Below are positions 1-11,607 of a stretch of DNA of 64,000 bases, one piece after another. Source of the DNA: Paraspadella gotoi (Eukaryota > Animalia > Chaetognatha); the NCBI GenBank assembly GCA_051294375.1, contig CM119270.1, positions 2,030,486 to 2,094,485 of the forward strand, given 5' to 3'. The notes below the pieces were generated by a model. It had not been told where the DNA came from and made no database searches. It worked only from the letters and a program-made list of their open reading frames with translations. Within the stretch, counting starts at the first letter, position 1; each line of letters starts with the position of its first letter. The translations under genes and the position numbers were made by a program.

Positions 1-190
1 GGTTGACTGGGAGTGAATAAATAAGACTGTGAGAGAGTCTTGATTGAAAGCTTGCAGAATCCTGCTATGTTATTATCTTGTAAGTGTGATGGAGGCCTTA
101 AACCACCAAAGCCTGTCCAAAGTCAGGGACAAGATAGCTTATTTATTAAATGAATGGATAATTTTTATACTGGTTGTACCAATTTCATAT
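1..190 (+). mobile_element. Dispersed ~200-bp repeat (family A), unclassified
   Basis: GGGAGTGAATAAA..AGACTGTG.GAGAGTCTTG...CCTGCTATGTTATTATCTTGTA...CAAGATAGCTTATT...GGTTGTACCAATTTCA recurs at 11585-11797, 50475-50620 (+) and at 18222-18420, 24456-24658, 60001-60215 (-), with fragments near 9495, 17781, 18497 and 19710. Confidence 0.75.
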
Positions 191-229
191 AAATATTTTA
201 GAATTTGTAGTCGATTTTGAAGAAAGAAA

Positions 230-438
230 AAAAAAGGTAGCAGTCTCTTTGATTTGAGGTTTTTCCTGTCTTAACAAATGAGCAACCAACTATATGCAAG
301 TTATGAGCATTTTTAACGTAAGAGGGACAGACCGACGAACAGACATACTGACGAACCGACAGACCGACCGACCGACGGACCGACAGAAAAAGTGACTCAT
401 AGAATTGCCCCACGAGTATTAGCGGTGCAACTTAAAAG
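230..438 (+). mobile_element. Family B (HINE-like) partial, diverged copy
   Basis: Shares the GAGCAACCAACTATATG.AAGTTATGAGCATTTTTAAC core, the GACC repeat and a degenerate end CACGAGTATTAGCGGTGCAAC. Confidence 0.6.
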
Positions 439-1163
439 GGAAAAAATATAGAATAAATAAAACCGGAAATGAAATGACATTTGAAGTAGAAAGTCGAAGG
501 CGCGAAGAAAGTCTGACGGTCGGTGTGTGCCCAGTGTGCCCGGTGGGGGTGTAGCGAGTCGGGGTGTGTCAGGCTGGGGTTTGTTTGGCCTGAGAGGGCT
601 AAGTCATGGTGCGCCAGGTTGGAGGGAACCCGTTGGGGGGATGATCACCGTCTTGGTGTGGCCGATCAAGTGTGTCCATTCGAGGTGTGCCTTGTTGATT
701 TGTGCCCGGCCAAGTGTGCACATTCGGTCGCGTTCAGTCGACGCGAAAGTTGAGACCCAAATTGATTGGTTTTCAATCTTCCGGATTTTTTTTCCCTTCG
801 ATTTTTTTTTAGATGTCGAACGACGACGACAAAGATGACGACGAGGAAGACGATGACATTTAGAGAAATAGTGACAATTAAAAAGACGACGCAGAAGATG
901 ATGACCAAGACAAAGATGACGACGACGACGACGACTATGATCACGATTTTTGAGTATTTTTTTTTTTAGTATTAAGAAGCGAGAACCTTAACTTAATCCA
1001 CCCAATGGAAGTAGTTTAACATAAGTAAACAAGTTAACAAATAGAATATTTTAAAGTACAAATTATGCCAGAAAAACAGAAAAAAGAAAAAAGGAAAACA
1101 GAAAATCGAATAAAATCGCGAAGTAAAAACAAAATAAAAGACAAAACTGATTTTCTTTTTCTT

Positions 1164-1698
1164 AAACAAGAACGGTAATTCAAATGTGTTGCGCCGACAT
1201 GACATGACATGATATGATATGAAATATGACTTGCCATGACTAAAAAAACTTTCTTAGCCCACGAACTGCACCGGAATTACGTCTTTTGTTTTTTTATAAT
1301 TTTAGGATTTCCTGAAGGCGGCGCTCGTAGTCCCTTAAATTTTTTCCCTTCTTAACAAATGGTCATTGAGCAACCAACTATATGTAAGTTATGAGCATTT
1401 TTAACATAAGTGGGACAGACCGACGNNNNNNNNNNNNNNNNNNNNNNNNNNNNNNNNNNNNNNNNNNNNNNNNNNNNNNNNNNNNNNNNNNNNNNNNNNN
1501 NNNNNNNNNNNNNNNNNNNNNNNNNNNNNNNNNNNNNNNNNNNNNNNNNNNNNNNNNNNNNNNNNNNNNNNNNNNNNNNNNNNNNNNNNNNNNNNNNNNN
1601 NNNNNNNNNNNNNNNNNNNNNNNNNNNNNNNNNNNNNNNNNNNNNNNNNNNNNNGACCGACAGAATTGATCCGCGAGTACTCGCGGCGCAACTAAAAA
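1164..1698 (+). mobile_element. DINE-1/HINE-like non-autonomous Helentron-type element (family B)
   Basis: Starts AAACAAG; subterminal inverted repeat GTTGCGCCG (1188-1196)/CGGCGCAAC (1684-1692); conserved core; internal GACC/GACA microsatellite (partly an N gap); perfect 16-bp palindrome CCGCGAGTACTCGCGG (1671-1686) near the end; multiple copies in the window. Confidence 0.65.
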
Positions 1699-2543
1699 CA
1701 AAAGATTTTAAAAAAATCCTGTTTTGGAAAATATGTAAAACGAATTTTGAGACTCGATAAATTATTTATAAGTAAAAAACATTGGCGGAAGAGGGAAGCG
1801 AGACGAAGGACGGGAGAAAATTGGCGAAGTGAATATAGGGAATGATGTCTTAGAAAAGGTTATATTACTAGAATATTTATAAGTATAATAGTATTATGAA
1901 CAACATTGATTAAATCAAAGTGAAACGTTATTATAAGAAACTAAACAAAATGAAGATGGATACCTCTTCTCTGTTTCTGGGTTTTATTCCTCTGTAATTA
2001 TATTATTAATTTTCAAATTTTTCTTTGAATATAGAAAAATAAATATACTTGTAAAATGATATCTGTATTAAGAAATAAGTAGAGCAGAAATATAAGAAAA
2101 GTTTTATTAAAAAAAAAAATATTATGGTTACTGCTTAATGTAAGAGAGAAAATCTTCAGGGAGATGAAGTTTCCCATTTGCTATGTCACCTCAACTCAAG
2201 AGAGAGAGAGAGCAGAGAGAGATGAGAGAGAGTATAGAGAGAGAGGAGAGAGGAGACGAGAGGAGGAGAGAGGAGAGAGATTAGAAGAGAGAGAGCGGAA
2301 TGTGGCCTCGATTCGTTACCCGTCAAACGTCCTGTTTTGGGTCATATGCTTATGTCATCGAATAAAGATTAAAGGTTTTTCGTCGTCGTCGTCTTATTCG
2401 TCGTCGTCGTCTTCTTCTTATTCGTCGTTACTTTGACGTTTTCGTCGTCGTCGTCGTCGTCGTCGTCATCGTCATTGCTGTACTCATCGTTTTTGTCGTC
2501 GTTTTTGACAGCCTTGCCCTCATCTCAACATCCCCGTCGTCGA

Positions 2544-2574
<31 letters not shown>

Positions 2575-3313
2575 TTCATCGTCGTCGCTTGTTTCCTCTT
2601 CGTCATCTTCGTCATCGTCCTCTTCGTTGTCGTCGTCCTCGTCTTCCTCATCGTCGTCCTCTTCCCTCGTATTCGTCATATTGCTCTTCGTTATCGTCGT
2701 CGTCGTCGTCATCGTCATCTCTTCCACACTCAATCAATCTTCACCTTTTTAGACCAAAACGACGAAAATTTTGAAAAATGAAAAATGAAAAACGGAAGAA
2801 CAAAAAATTCTTCTTTTTCTCATCTTTCCTTTTTTCCCCTTTTTTTCCTTTCCTCCTTTTCCTCCTTTTTTCTTTCCTCCTTTTTTCTATTTTCCTTTCC
2901 TTTTTTTCTTTTTTCCTTTCCTTCTTTTTCTTCCTTTTTTCTTTCCCTCCTTTTTCCTCCTTTTTCCTCCTTTTTTTCTTTTTTCTTTCCTCCTTTTTTC
3001 TCCTTTTTTTGACTGACGGCGAAAATATTGTCCGGAAAAAACTACAAAAAAGGATTGAAGACGAAAAGTCGCCACGTTAATTTGTTAAATGCAAATAATT
3101 TGGATAGTGTATTAATTATATCAGGAACAATGTCACGATTGTTGTGAAAATTTCTATGTAACCATTTGCAATCGACTTTAATAATACATTNNNNNNNNNN
3201 NNNNNNNNNNNNNNNTTTCTTGGGAGGGACCGAGGAGGGGTTTTGTTTGTTCGTGGTCGAATGCACTTGATAATCAGTTAACATGAATTTAAAAATTAAC
3301 GATTTCGTTGCTA

Positions 3314-3634
3314 TTTTACTTTTCGCCGCGAGTACTTCGCGAGCAACCTTTCCGCGATTTGGTCTCGACTCGCGGGGCATCTGGTCGGTCCGTTGCCAGT
3401 TTGCATCGTTTGATCCGTCGTGTCATCCAACGTCGGTCTATGTCCACTTAACTTAAAAATGATGAATTATTATTATTTTAGTTTGTTACTCATTTTGTTA
3501 CGACAGAAAAAACCTCAAATCTAAAGTGACTGCCAAGCGCCCGCTTCAGGAATTCCTTAAAACTGTAAGGAATAAAAAGATGGAAGGGAAAATAAAGTAC
3601 TGCGGCGCAACAACATTGGAATCACCGTTCTTAA
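3314..3634 (-). mobile_element. Family B (HINE-like) inverted copy
   Basis: CCGCGAGTACTTCGCG hairpin at 3326, GGTC repeats, AAAAACCTCAAATCTAA core, and CGGCGCAAC...ACCGTTCTT at the other end. Confidence 0.6.
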
Positions 3635-5628
3635 TTTTATTTTCCTGAACTTTATTTCATGTTTTCACCCCTCTTTTTTTCCACCATCGCCTCCACTGAT
3701 GACCAATCACTCACATCTATCCACCCTCACACACCACCCGTCTTCCATTAACGACCCCCCTCTAACCCCTTCCACTCTCCACTCCACCCTCCACAAGCAC
3801 CCACCCTCCAATCCTCCAATCTCCCTTCAATATATTTTCTGCCCCAAAAATTTCCATATTTCGTCGCTCCACAACTTTTTTCTTTTTCTTTTTCTTTTTT
3901 GCTTTTTCTTTTCTTTTTTTTTAAGGAAAAAAATATCAGTCAGGAGGGACGACGGACCGAAACGATGATGATGACAGACGATGATATGACGATGACGACA
4001 GGATAACAAAAAAAGGAAGCGATGATGACGACGATGATGAAAACGACAACCATAAACGACGACAAAGAGATTGAGATGACTACAAACCTAAGCCAATGAC
4101 GACCATGACACCGACGAAAACGACCATAGACGAACAGCGACACGAAGATGAGTATGACGATGACGATGATATTGACGATGACAGTTAAAGTTAAAATGAC
4201 ATGAAACTATTCTTTACTTTTGTCTGTTCGCTCAAATGCTCACATGTTGGTCATTAATGGGTTATTTTTAATATAGAATCTCGATAAATGACAACCAAAG
4301 CAGCGTTTTTAAATAATAATTTCAAAATATTAATCAACATAATCAAGTTAAAAGTAAACACCAACCAAATAGAAAATTATGCTAAAGAAAAAAAAGAAAT
4401 TAATTAATTTAATTATTTAATTTTTTTCGTTAGTCGAATTTGTGTCTCCACAATATTTTAAACGGTTTGGACTGGCGTGAAAAACGAAGGGGTGGTGACG
4501 ACGATGAAACGATGACGACGACGATGACGACGACGAGCAAAACGACGCAACTTTTTCTCCTGAGGTACTCATAAAGCGATAAGACTTTGTCTCCAAGGGA
4601 GAAAGCCCTAGAGTTTATACGAGAGAGAGAGAGAGAGCAAGAGAGAGAGAGAGAGAGAGAGTAGATCTCAGAGGAAGAGAGAAGAGAAGAGAGAAGGAAG
4701 AGTAGAGAGAGATGAGAGAGAGAATAAATTTTGAATGAAAAGATTTATAAACCTATCGCTGGTTAATATTTTATATAGAGGAAATTCTAGACTGTAATAA
4801 ATTAACTGAAGGTCGTTAATATATGGAATAGTACGTAAGTTAAGAAGGAACAGACTGACAAATATTATGTTTTAGGGTTATTAACAAATGAAACATCTGC
4901 TTGGAAACTTTAATCCGTACAGCTCTTATACGTTTAACATTCCCTCCGCTGATACACATTTAAATTAAAACTTTGCTATCATTTCTCTACATGTAAAGAG
5001 AGGTGGTCCGATGGTTTATAAAAAAAGTAAAATGTTTTCATAAATGAGGTGTTAGCTGTTCTTCAGTATATTTATCCGTCTTCGTCGTCGTCATCTTCGT
5101 CTTTGTCCTAATTATCGTCTGTTGTTCGTCTGTCGTTGTCGTCTTTGTCCTGATCGTACTTTTCTTGTTCTTGATCGTTTTTGTTGGCTCATCTCGTCGT
5201 CTTTGTCATATTTCGCGATCCAAAAAAAAAAATGTATGATCGATGAGATGGAACGAAATAAGGTCAAACATATTGATCGGACGACGACGACGATTACGAG
5301 GACGATGATGACGACGACGACGATGCATGATGACGACGATTTTGATTTGTGCATGATTATATTTTGAGGCGTATGAGTCTCGGTTGCAGATGATGATATA
5401 AGAAACTATTATTTTCAACAGTAATTTGAGCTTTTAAAAAAAAAGAAAAGAGAGAGGGAAAGTAAGAGTAGATAGGAAGAGAGAGACGAGAAGAGAGAGA
5501 GAGGGAGAGAGAGAGAGAGACGCAGGAGACGAGACGAGAGGAGAGGGAGAGAGAGAGAGTGGACGAGAGAGATATTGAGAGATGAGTAGAGAGAGAGATA
5601 GAGAGCAGACGATAGAGAGTGGAGAGAG

Positions 5629-5672
<44 letters not shown>

Positions 5673-8600
5673 GACGAGAGGAGAGAGAGAGAGAAAGTGT
5701 GTCTGCGTTGGGGTTGGACGCGCTAACGGGGCACCCGGGAGCCATTTAGAGGTCCAGAGCGGCCCCGAAACCAGAGAAGGCTGAAAAGTCATAAAGGAAA
5801 AAAAGAAAAAAGATTGAGGGGAGAAAATAAATTTCAAAGGAAAAAAAAAAATTGGGGTTGGGGACTTCTGTTTTGTAAATATAATGACAACCCAAAAATA
5901 TACACATTATAAAATAAGCCCTTGATAAAGTACCAAAAAGAGATATAGACCGCAAACGAGAGAGGGTGAGAGACATGAGTTGAGTAAGTAAAGAGAAGAA
6001 GAGAGACGCTGAGGCAGAGAGAGAGAGAGTAGAGAAAAATATTAAGCTCGCGTTCCGCAAGTCTATTATTTATTTTATTCCGCGCGGCTTTGCATTTGTA
6101 ATCAGCTTGTATATACCTTGTGTCATACAACTGTCCTTTGACCAATAAACATAGAGAAATCTAATTAAATGAAATAAAGTAAACAAATGGAAAGAGTGGG
6201 CGACGTAGAAAAGAGAGAGAGAGAGAGACGACGATGAGACGAGAGAGAGAGAAAGAGGACGAGATGAGAGAGAGAGCTGACGAGAGAGAGAGAGAGATAG
6301 AGAGAGGAGAGAGGAGGGAGGGATGCGAAAATGATTGGACAGTCCGCCTCGGCAAGATAGAGAGTATTGATTGCGTGGGGTGTGGGAGCAGCATAGAGAA
6401 AGAAAAGAAGAGAGAGAGAAGAGAGAGAGAGGAGAGGAGAGAGAGAGAGGGAGGAGGAGAGGAGGAGAGAGAGAGAGATTCCTCAACTGAAATTATTGTT
6501 TTTTCCAAGTGCGTTAATAAATCAAGACGTTGAAGAGGTAGAAGTGTTAAATCAAAAATTACTCATCTTCTCTTCTCTCTCTTCTCTCTCTTCGTCTCTC
6601 TCTTCTCTCTCTCTCTCCTCTCTCTCTCTCCTCTCTCTCCTCTTCTCTCCACCCGAACGGAATGAAGAGACTCATTTTTAATCTTTTTCTCGGTTTCTTC
6701 ATTAAAAAATCATTTCGTTTCGTTTTTCTTTTTCTTTTTCTTTTTCTTTTTCTTTTCTTTTCATTCTTTTCTTCTTTCTTTTTTCTTTTCTTTTCTTTTT
6801 TTTTCTTCTCTTTTCTTTCTTCTTCTTTTCTCTTTCTTTTCTTTTTTTCCTTCTTTTCTTTTTTCAAGTCGACTAAATTTGTAACTCATTGATTGTAAGG
6901 TCGGTCGTGAAAAGTATTTTAACGAAAGTCGCAATGAATAATTAATTATTAAATTAAATCTTCCCGAAGCAGGCACCCACTTCCTCCCATCCTCCCCCAC
7001 TCCGCCCCCCTTACCCCACCATCCACAATTAACCACCATTGTTCCACCACCCATTACCCTTTCTTTACTACTGAACATAATCGCTCTCATCGACTTTTGT
7101 CATTATTCCAAAATAAGTCATAACTTTTCCCTTCGCTCTCTCCCTTCGCTTGGTTTCCTCTTTTGAATCATTCTGAAACATCGACGCGATAAAAATCTTT
7201 GTCGTGTCGTTTATCGTTATCATTCGTCCGTCATTGCTTTTCATCATGATCGTCAGGCATCGTCATTATTCATAGTCTATTATCCATTGCCGGTGTCATC
7301 AAAATTTTGAATTACATAAACCGTAATCGTCGTCCGCTTTCTATAGTTGTATGAATTGTAATAATATACTAATGTCATTATTATCTAATCTCTTTCAACG
7401 TGTTTGTCATTATATTGACATCATTATCACCCTCATTCATTGTTGCATAACATTTCATCATGTCGTTGTCATAATTCGTCAATTTGAAATCACTGTCTCA
7501 TTTAATCGTGATAGTCTTTCGTCATCGCCGTTTTATCTCTTTATCGTTGGTGCTCATCATCATCATCATCATCTCATCTCAATCATCATCATCATTCATC
7601 ATCATCATCATAATCATCATCGTCGTCGTCGTCGTCGTCGTCGTCCTTCGTTTTCGCCCGTTAAATAACATCGAGCCGAAACGTTGGATTTACTGTCGTC
7701 ATTATTTTCTTTTATTTTCTTTTATTTCTTTTATTTTCTTTATTTTCTTTTATTTCTTCATATTCATCTTCCCTCCAAAGAAAAAAGCGACCATCTCGGA
7801 TTTATTTTCATTTCATGTGAGACTCAAAAGAAATTTGTTTGTCGCGTTGATTCCAAAATTTCTTTGCTGCTTCTTGACGCTGAAGAAATTTTTAGCTTGT
7901 GGATATCAGGAAGAGGAAGAAGCAGAAAAAAAGTGAAATTTGGTGGAAGGGAAAGCCGATTACTGTGAGTGTGGGGGGGGGAAGGAATGACTAGACGGCG
8001 TTGAATAATAATCTCAAGAATCGGCATGGAACGAAGAGGGGAAAGTCATTAGTATTATAACTAAAATATTGTTCATCTCCAGCAAATATAAACTTAAAAA
8101 AGGCGTCAAGAAGCAGATTTGACTTGATGTTAAAAAATCATAATCATTTGATGACATAAAAAAATGACACGAATTAAAACTGGAAAGTAGAGGATGTCAA
8201 ATGGTACGATTTGCAGTTCAGAAACCAATGTTAAAAAGCCAGGGTCTAATACATTTGAAAGTTAGCGTAGTATTATAATGTCCAAGGTAGAAACGAAAGA
8301 TGTTCTAGAAACAGCATTAAATCTATGTTCAAGCTGCAACTTCTAACAATGTCAAGAAACGCCTATTAAAATATGTACCATAAAAATTGACCGGTGCGAA
8401 TGTTCATTGATAAAACAGCATTGAATTATGTCAGGGAGCAACATTGTTATAATGTCATGTCACGAAACATCAACGTAATAACTAATGACACCCATTCGAC
8501 GACCAGCGGCGGACATTCAATCTTGTAAATCGGACGCGGAACGATTTTCTCCGCTCGAGTTACACAAAGATATTATAACCTTTAATTCGGTTTTTTTTTT

Positions 8601-9781
8601 CCTTCTGTAGGACGATTGAATAAAAAAAAAATGGTTGGGAAGTTTAAAAATCATTAAATCCTGACAGGTTAATGGGAAATCGGTCTGGTTTATGTTGCTC
8701 GACGCCCATAATAATCGTTTTGCTTCCAGAAATCGGACACTTATTTTAAATTGCTCTATCGCTTCCTAACTCTGGAAGAAACGGCGAGTGAGGGAGGAAG
8801 AGAGAGGGGAAGGGGCGAGAGGGAGAGTTAGAGGAGAGAAGGAGTGGATGGGAGGAGAAGGAAAGTGTGGGGGAGAGGAGGCGGGGGAAGGAGCCGGAGT
8901 GTCGAGGAAAGTGCAGGGGCGTGAGAGAGAGTGCAAACTGGTAGGGCCGATATATTGGGATCGGTGAGGGGGTGCTATCACGGGGGAGGCTGACGCTGTG
9001 CGGGAGGTTGCAGGGTCGCGTGTGGAACTGCTGGTAGAGAAGAGGGAACTGGAAGTGAGAGGGTTAGGATAGGATGTCTGGGTTCGAGGTGGAAGAGGAG
9101 GAAGAGGAGGAAGGGAGGGAAGAGAGGGAGGAAAGGAGTGGATATAGAGGAGAAGAGGAGGAGAGGGAGAAAGGACGAGGAGGAAGAGAGCGGAGGAAGG
9201 GAGAAAGGGGAGAGGGAGGAAGAGGAGGAAGAGGAGCGGGAGGAAGGAGGAAAGGAGAGGGAGGAAGATAAAGAGGGCAGGAGAGGAGGAAGGAGGAAAA
9301 GGAGGGAGGAAGAGAGGGAGGAAAGGAGGAAAAAAGGGTGGAAGCGAAGTGAAGGAGAGGGAGGAAGGAGGAAAAGTGAGAAAAGGGAATGAGGAATTGA
9401 GAAGGGAAAGGGGAAAAGAGTGAAATAGCGAAAAATTAAGAGAGTGGTTTTTTTATACAATTGAAACATTACTTTTGAACTTTATATTTCATTGTGAGAG
9501 AGTCTTAGATAGAGAGCATGCAAGGAACCTGCTATTATATATATGTTATGAATGGTACAACCAATATATTATATTATGAAGGAGGGTTTTCAGGCTTCAA
9601 CACCGTCCCGTAAAAAAATTGTGAATTGACTGACGCACTCTGGGGGTGAACGGTTTAAAAAAAGGAAGGAAATGAAAAAGTGAAGAATGCAGAAAGAAGG
9701 GAGAGTAAGTAGAAATGATGGTAAAGAGAATGAAAGGAAATTAAAAGTAATTAAATACGAAGAAAGAAAAAATAAATATAT

Positions 9782-10065
9782 TGAAGAGGTGGTTTTACAG
9801 GGCGCCACACCCGCGCTCGGTATCACTTCGTGGGCGACAGCGAGACAGCATGTTTCATGTAGTCCAGAGCTTTGGATCTGGCAGTAGGGCCATGCCTACA
9901 GGCGGGGTTACCCGGTCCATCCCACTTTCTACATGAACACAACCTCAGGGCTCGAACCAGGAACGCACAGTTGGGATTGCGCTCATTTATGTCCACTGGA
10001 GCCACTGAGGGCGCTGCGAAAGGAAACAGCTTTAATCCATCTGTGTGAAATAGGACCACCAGACA
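9782..10065 (-). repeat. 3' LTR of the TRIM-like element
   Basis: Plus strand TGAAGAGG...GGACCACCAGACA; matches 10261-10532. Confidence 0.85.
9948..10004 (-). promoter_or_regulatory. tRNA-type (type 2) Pol III internal promoter inside the LTR
   Basis: A-box-like TGGCTCCAGTGG (9993-10004) and B-box GGTTCGAGCCC (9948-9958) are 34 nt apart. The other LTR has TGGCTCAAGTGA (10466-10477) and GGTCGAGCCC (10427-10436, one base missing). Confidence 0.6.
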
Positions 10066-10083
10066 GCGCCCCCAGGACTTCTC
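10066..10083 (-). promoter_or_regulatory. Polypurine-tract-like G-rich sequence
   Basis: Minus strand GAGAAGTCCTGGGGGCGC immediately precedes the TGT of the 3' LTR. Confidence 0.6.
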
Positions 10084-10241
10084 GGCATTCATGAGAGTAC
10101 GAAGCAGGGGGATGAAGGCATGGTCTCTCCGCTGAACCTCTCTTCATTCTGGTGGCCTTGCTTTTGAGTTGGCAGCTGGCGTAGCTCAAAACCACATCAA
10201 GGGCAGAGGAGTATTATCATGCCCGGTGTGCGGTGTTCGGG

Positions 10242-10259
10242 ATCACGTCGGGCTCACCA
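10242..10259 (-). promoter_or_regulatory. Primer-binding site complementary to the tRNA-Trp 3' end
   Basis: Minus strand TGGTGAGCCCGACGTGAT versus the canonical tRNA-Trp PBS TGGTGACCCCGACGTGAT (17/18), 1 nt from the LTR-terminal CA. Confidence 0.85.
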
Positions 10260-10260
10260 T

Positions 10261-10532
10261 TGAAGAGGCTGGTTTTAACAGGGACCCCACACCCGCCAGC
10301 GGAAACACCTCGTGGCGACAGCGAGACAGCATGTTCATGTAGTCCAGAGCTTTGGATCTGGCAGTAGGGCCCATGCCTACAGGCGGGTTACACCGGTCCA
10401 TCCCACTTTCTCACATGACAACCTCAGGGCTCGACCAGGACGCCACATTGGGATGGTGCATTAGTTCACTTGAGCCACTGAGCGGCGTAAAGAAACAGCT
10501 TTAACCATCTGTGTGTGATAGGACCACCAGAA
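10261..10532 (-). repeat. 5' LTR of the TRIM-like element
   Basis: Direct repeat of 9782-10065 differing mainly by single-base indels. Plus strand starts TGAAGAGG and ends GGACCACCAGA(C)A; the C is missing in this copy. Confidence 0.85.
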
Positions 10533-11280
10533 ATATATTTCAAAACTTAAAGCTTCTATAAATTAGATTTTTTTTCAAAGGAGAAATATTTCATAACATC
10601 CTTATTCTCCACGAGAAGACATTAACTTTATACAAACTACACTAAGCTCTCAAAACTTTAATTCCCATATTGAAATAAAAATGAAGCCAACTGCAAAGTC
10701 AAGGATATTGAAAAAAAAAGAGGGCTGCCTTCAAAAGGCAACTCTTAGTCGCCGAACATCAAACTCACTTTTCAAATCTAAATTTTTTTCCCTTTCGTAA
10801 TTTTTTTTCTGTCCCAGCAAATGTTTTTTTGCGAGAGTCAATGGTGAAATCCAAAGCAAAGTATCTGGAGCAAAACGTTTTGCGTGAATGACTTTCTTTA
10901 AAAAACTGTTTGGCAACCGGGTTTTTTTTATTAAGTTTGGGTGATATTATTTTGGAGAATAGTAATTGAATACGTAAGCGAGATGTTTTAAAAAAATTAA
11001 AATGCTTTAATTAAAGTATGGGGGAAAAATGTTTTTAGATAACATTGCTAACATGTTTTCTGTGAATGTCTAACTGAATTTTATTCAGTGAATGTTTTTT
11101 GCGAATGTTCTTTACAATGTTCTCGTTGATGTGCTCGTTTAATGTCTCAGTGAATGTCTTCCATGAATGTTTCGGTGAAAAAAAAAAACTTTTTCCTTTT
11201 GACTCAATCCTCGTTTTCAAGTTTCTGGGAAAAACATTCGAAGGAGGATAAATATGGCATCTCTCTCTCTCTCTCTCTCT

Positions 11281-11346
<66 letters not shown>

Positions 11347-11607
11347 TGACTTTCATCTCTCTCTTCTTGAATCTCCGTCTTTGGCAGAGCGAAAAAACCC
11401 TTCAAAGGAAAAAGTCCAGAACGAAAAAAATTCCACGAAGACATTAAATTTTTGACTCCGAAAAATCGAGATAAAGATAAAGATATTTATTAATGAATGA
11501 TGATTTATATTTGGTATAACCAATTACATACTTAAGGGAGTGGTTCTTTTCATACAATTGAAACATTCTTTGAAAATATTATACCACTTCATCGATAAGG
11601 GAAGCCA

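Larger units (their letters stand above)
9782..10532 (-). mobile_element. Non-autonomous mini LTR retrotransposon (TRIM-like), ~750 bp
   Basis: Two ~270-285 bp direct repeats (9782-10065, 10261-10532) enclose a ~195-bp non-coding core. On the minus strand the LTR reads TGTCTGG...CTCTTCA. The PBS lies 1 nt after the 5' LTR and a G-rich tract directly precedes the 3' LTR. Both flanks read ATAT(AT). The element is GC-balanced in an AT-rich context. Confidence 0.85.

Noticed and set aside
500-760. GC-rich islet with short ORFs (523-838)
   Set aside because: No recognisable domain or clear splice sites, and the frames run into microsatellite; function unassigned.
10225-10259. tRNA-Trp gene
   Set aside because: Only the 3' portion including an encoded CCA is present, adjacent to an LTR, so it is a PBS rather than a gene.
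9782-10532. Synthetic sequencing control or hammerhead retrozyme interpretation
   Set aside because: PBS, PPT, TG...CA ends and TSD are correctly arranged for an LTR element, and no CUGANGA...GAAA core was found. A UniVec check is still advisable.
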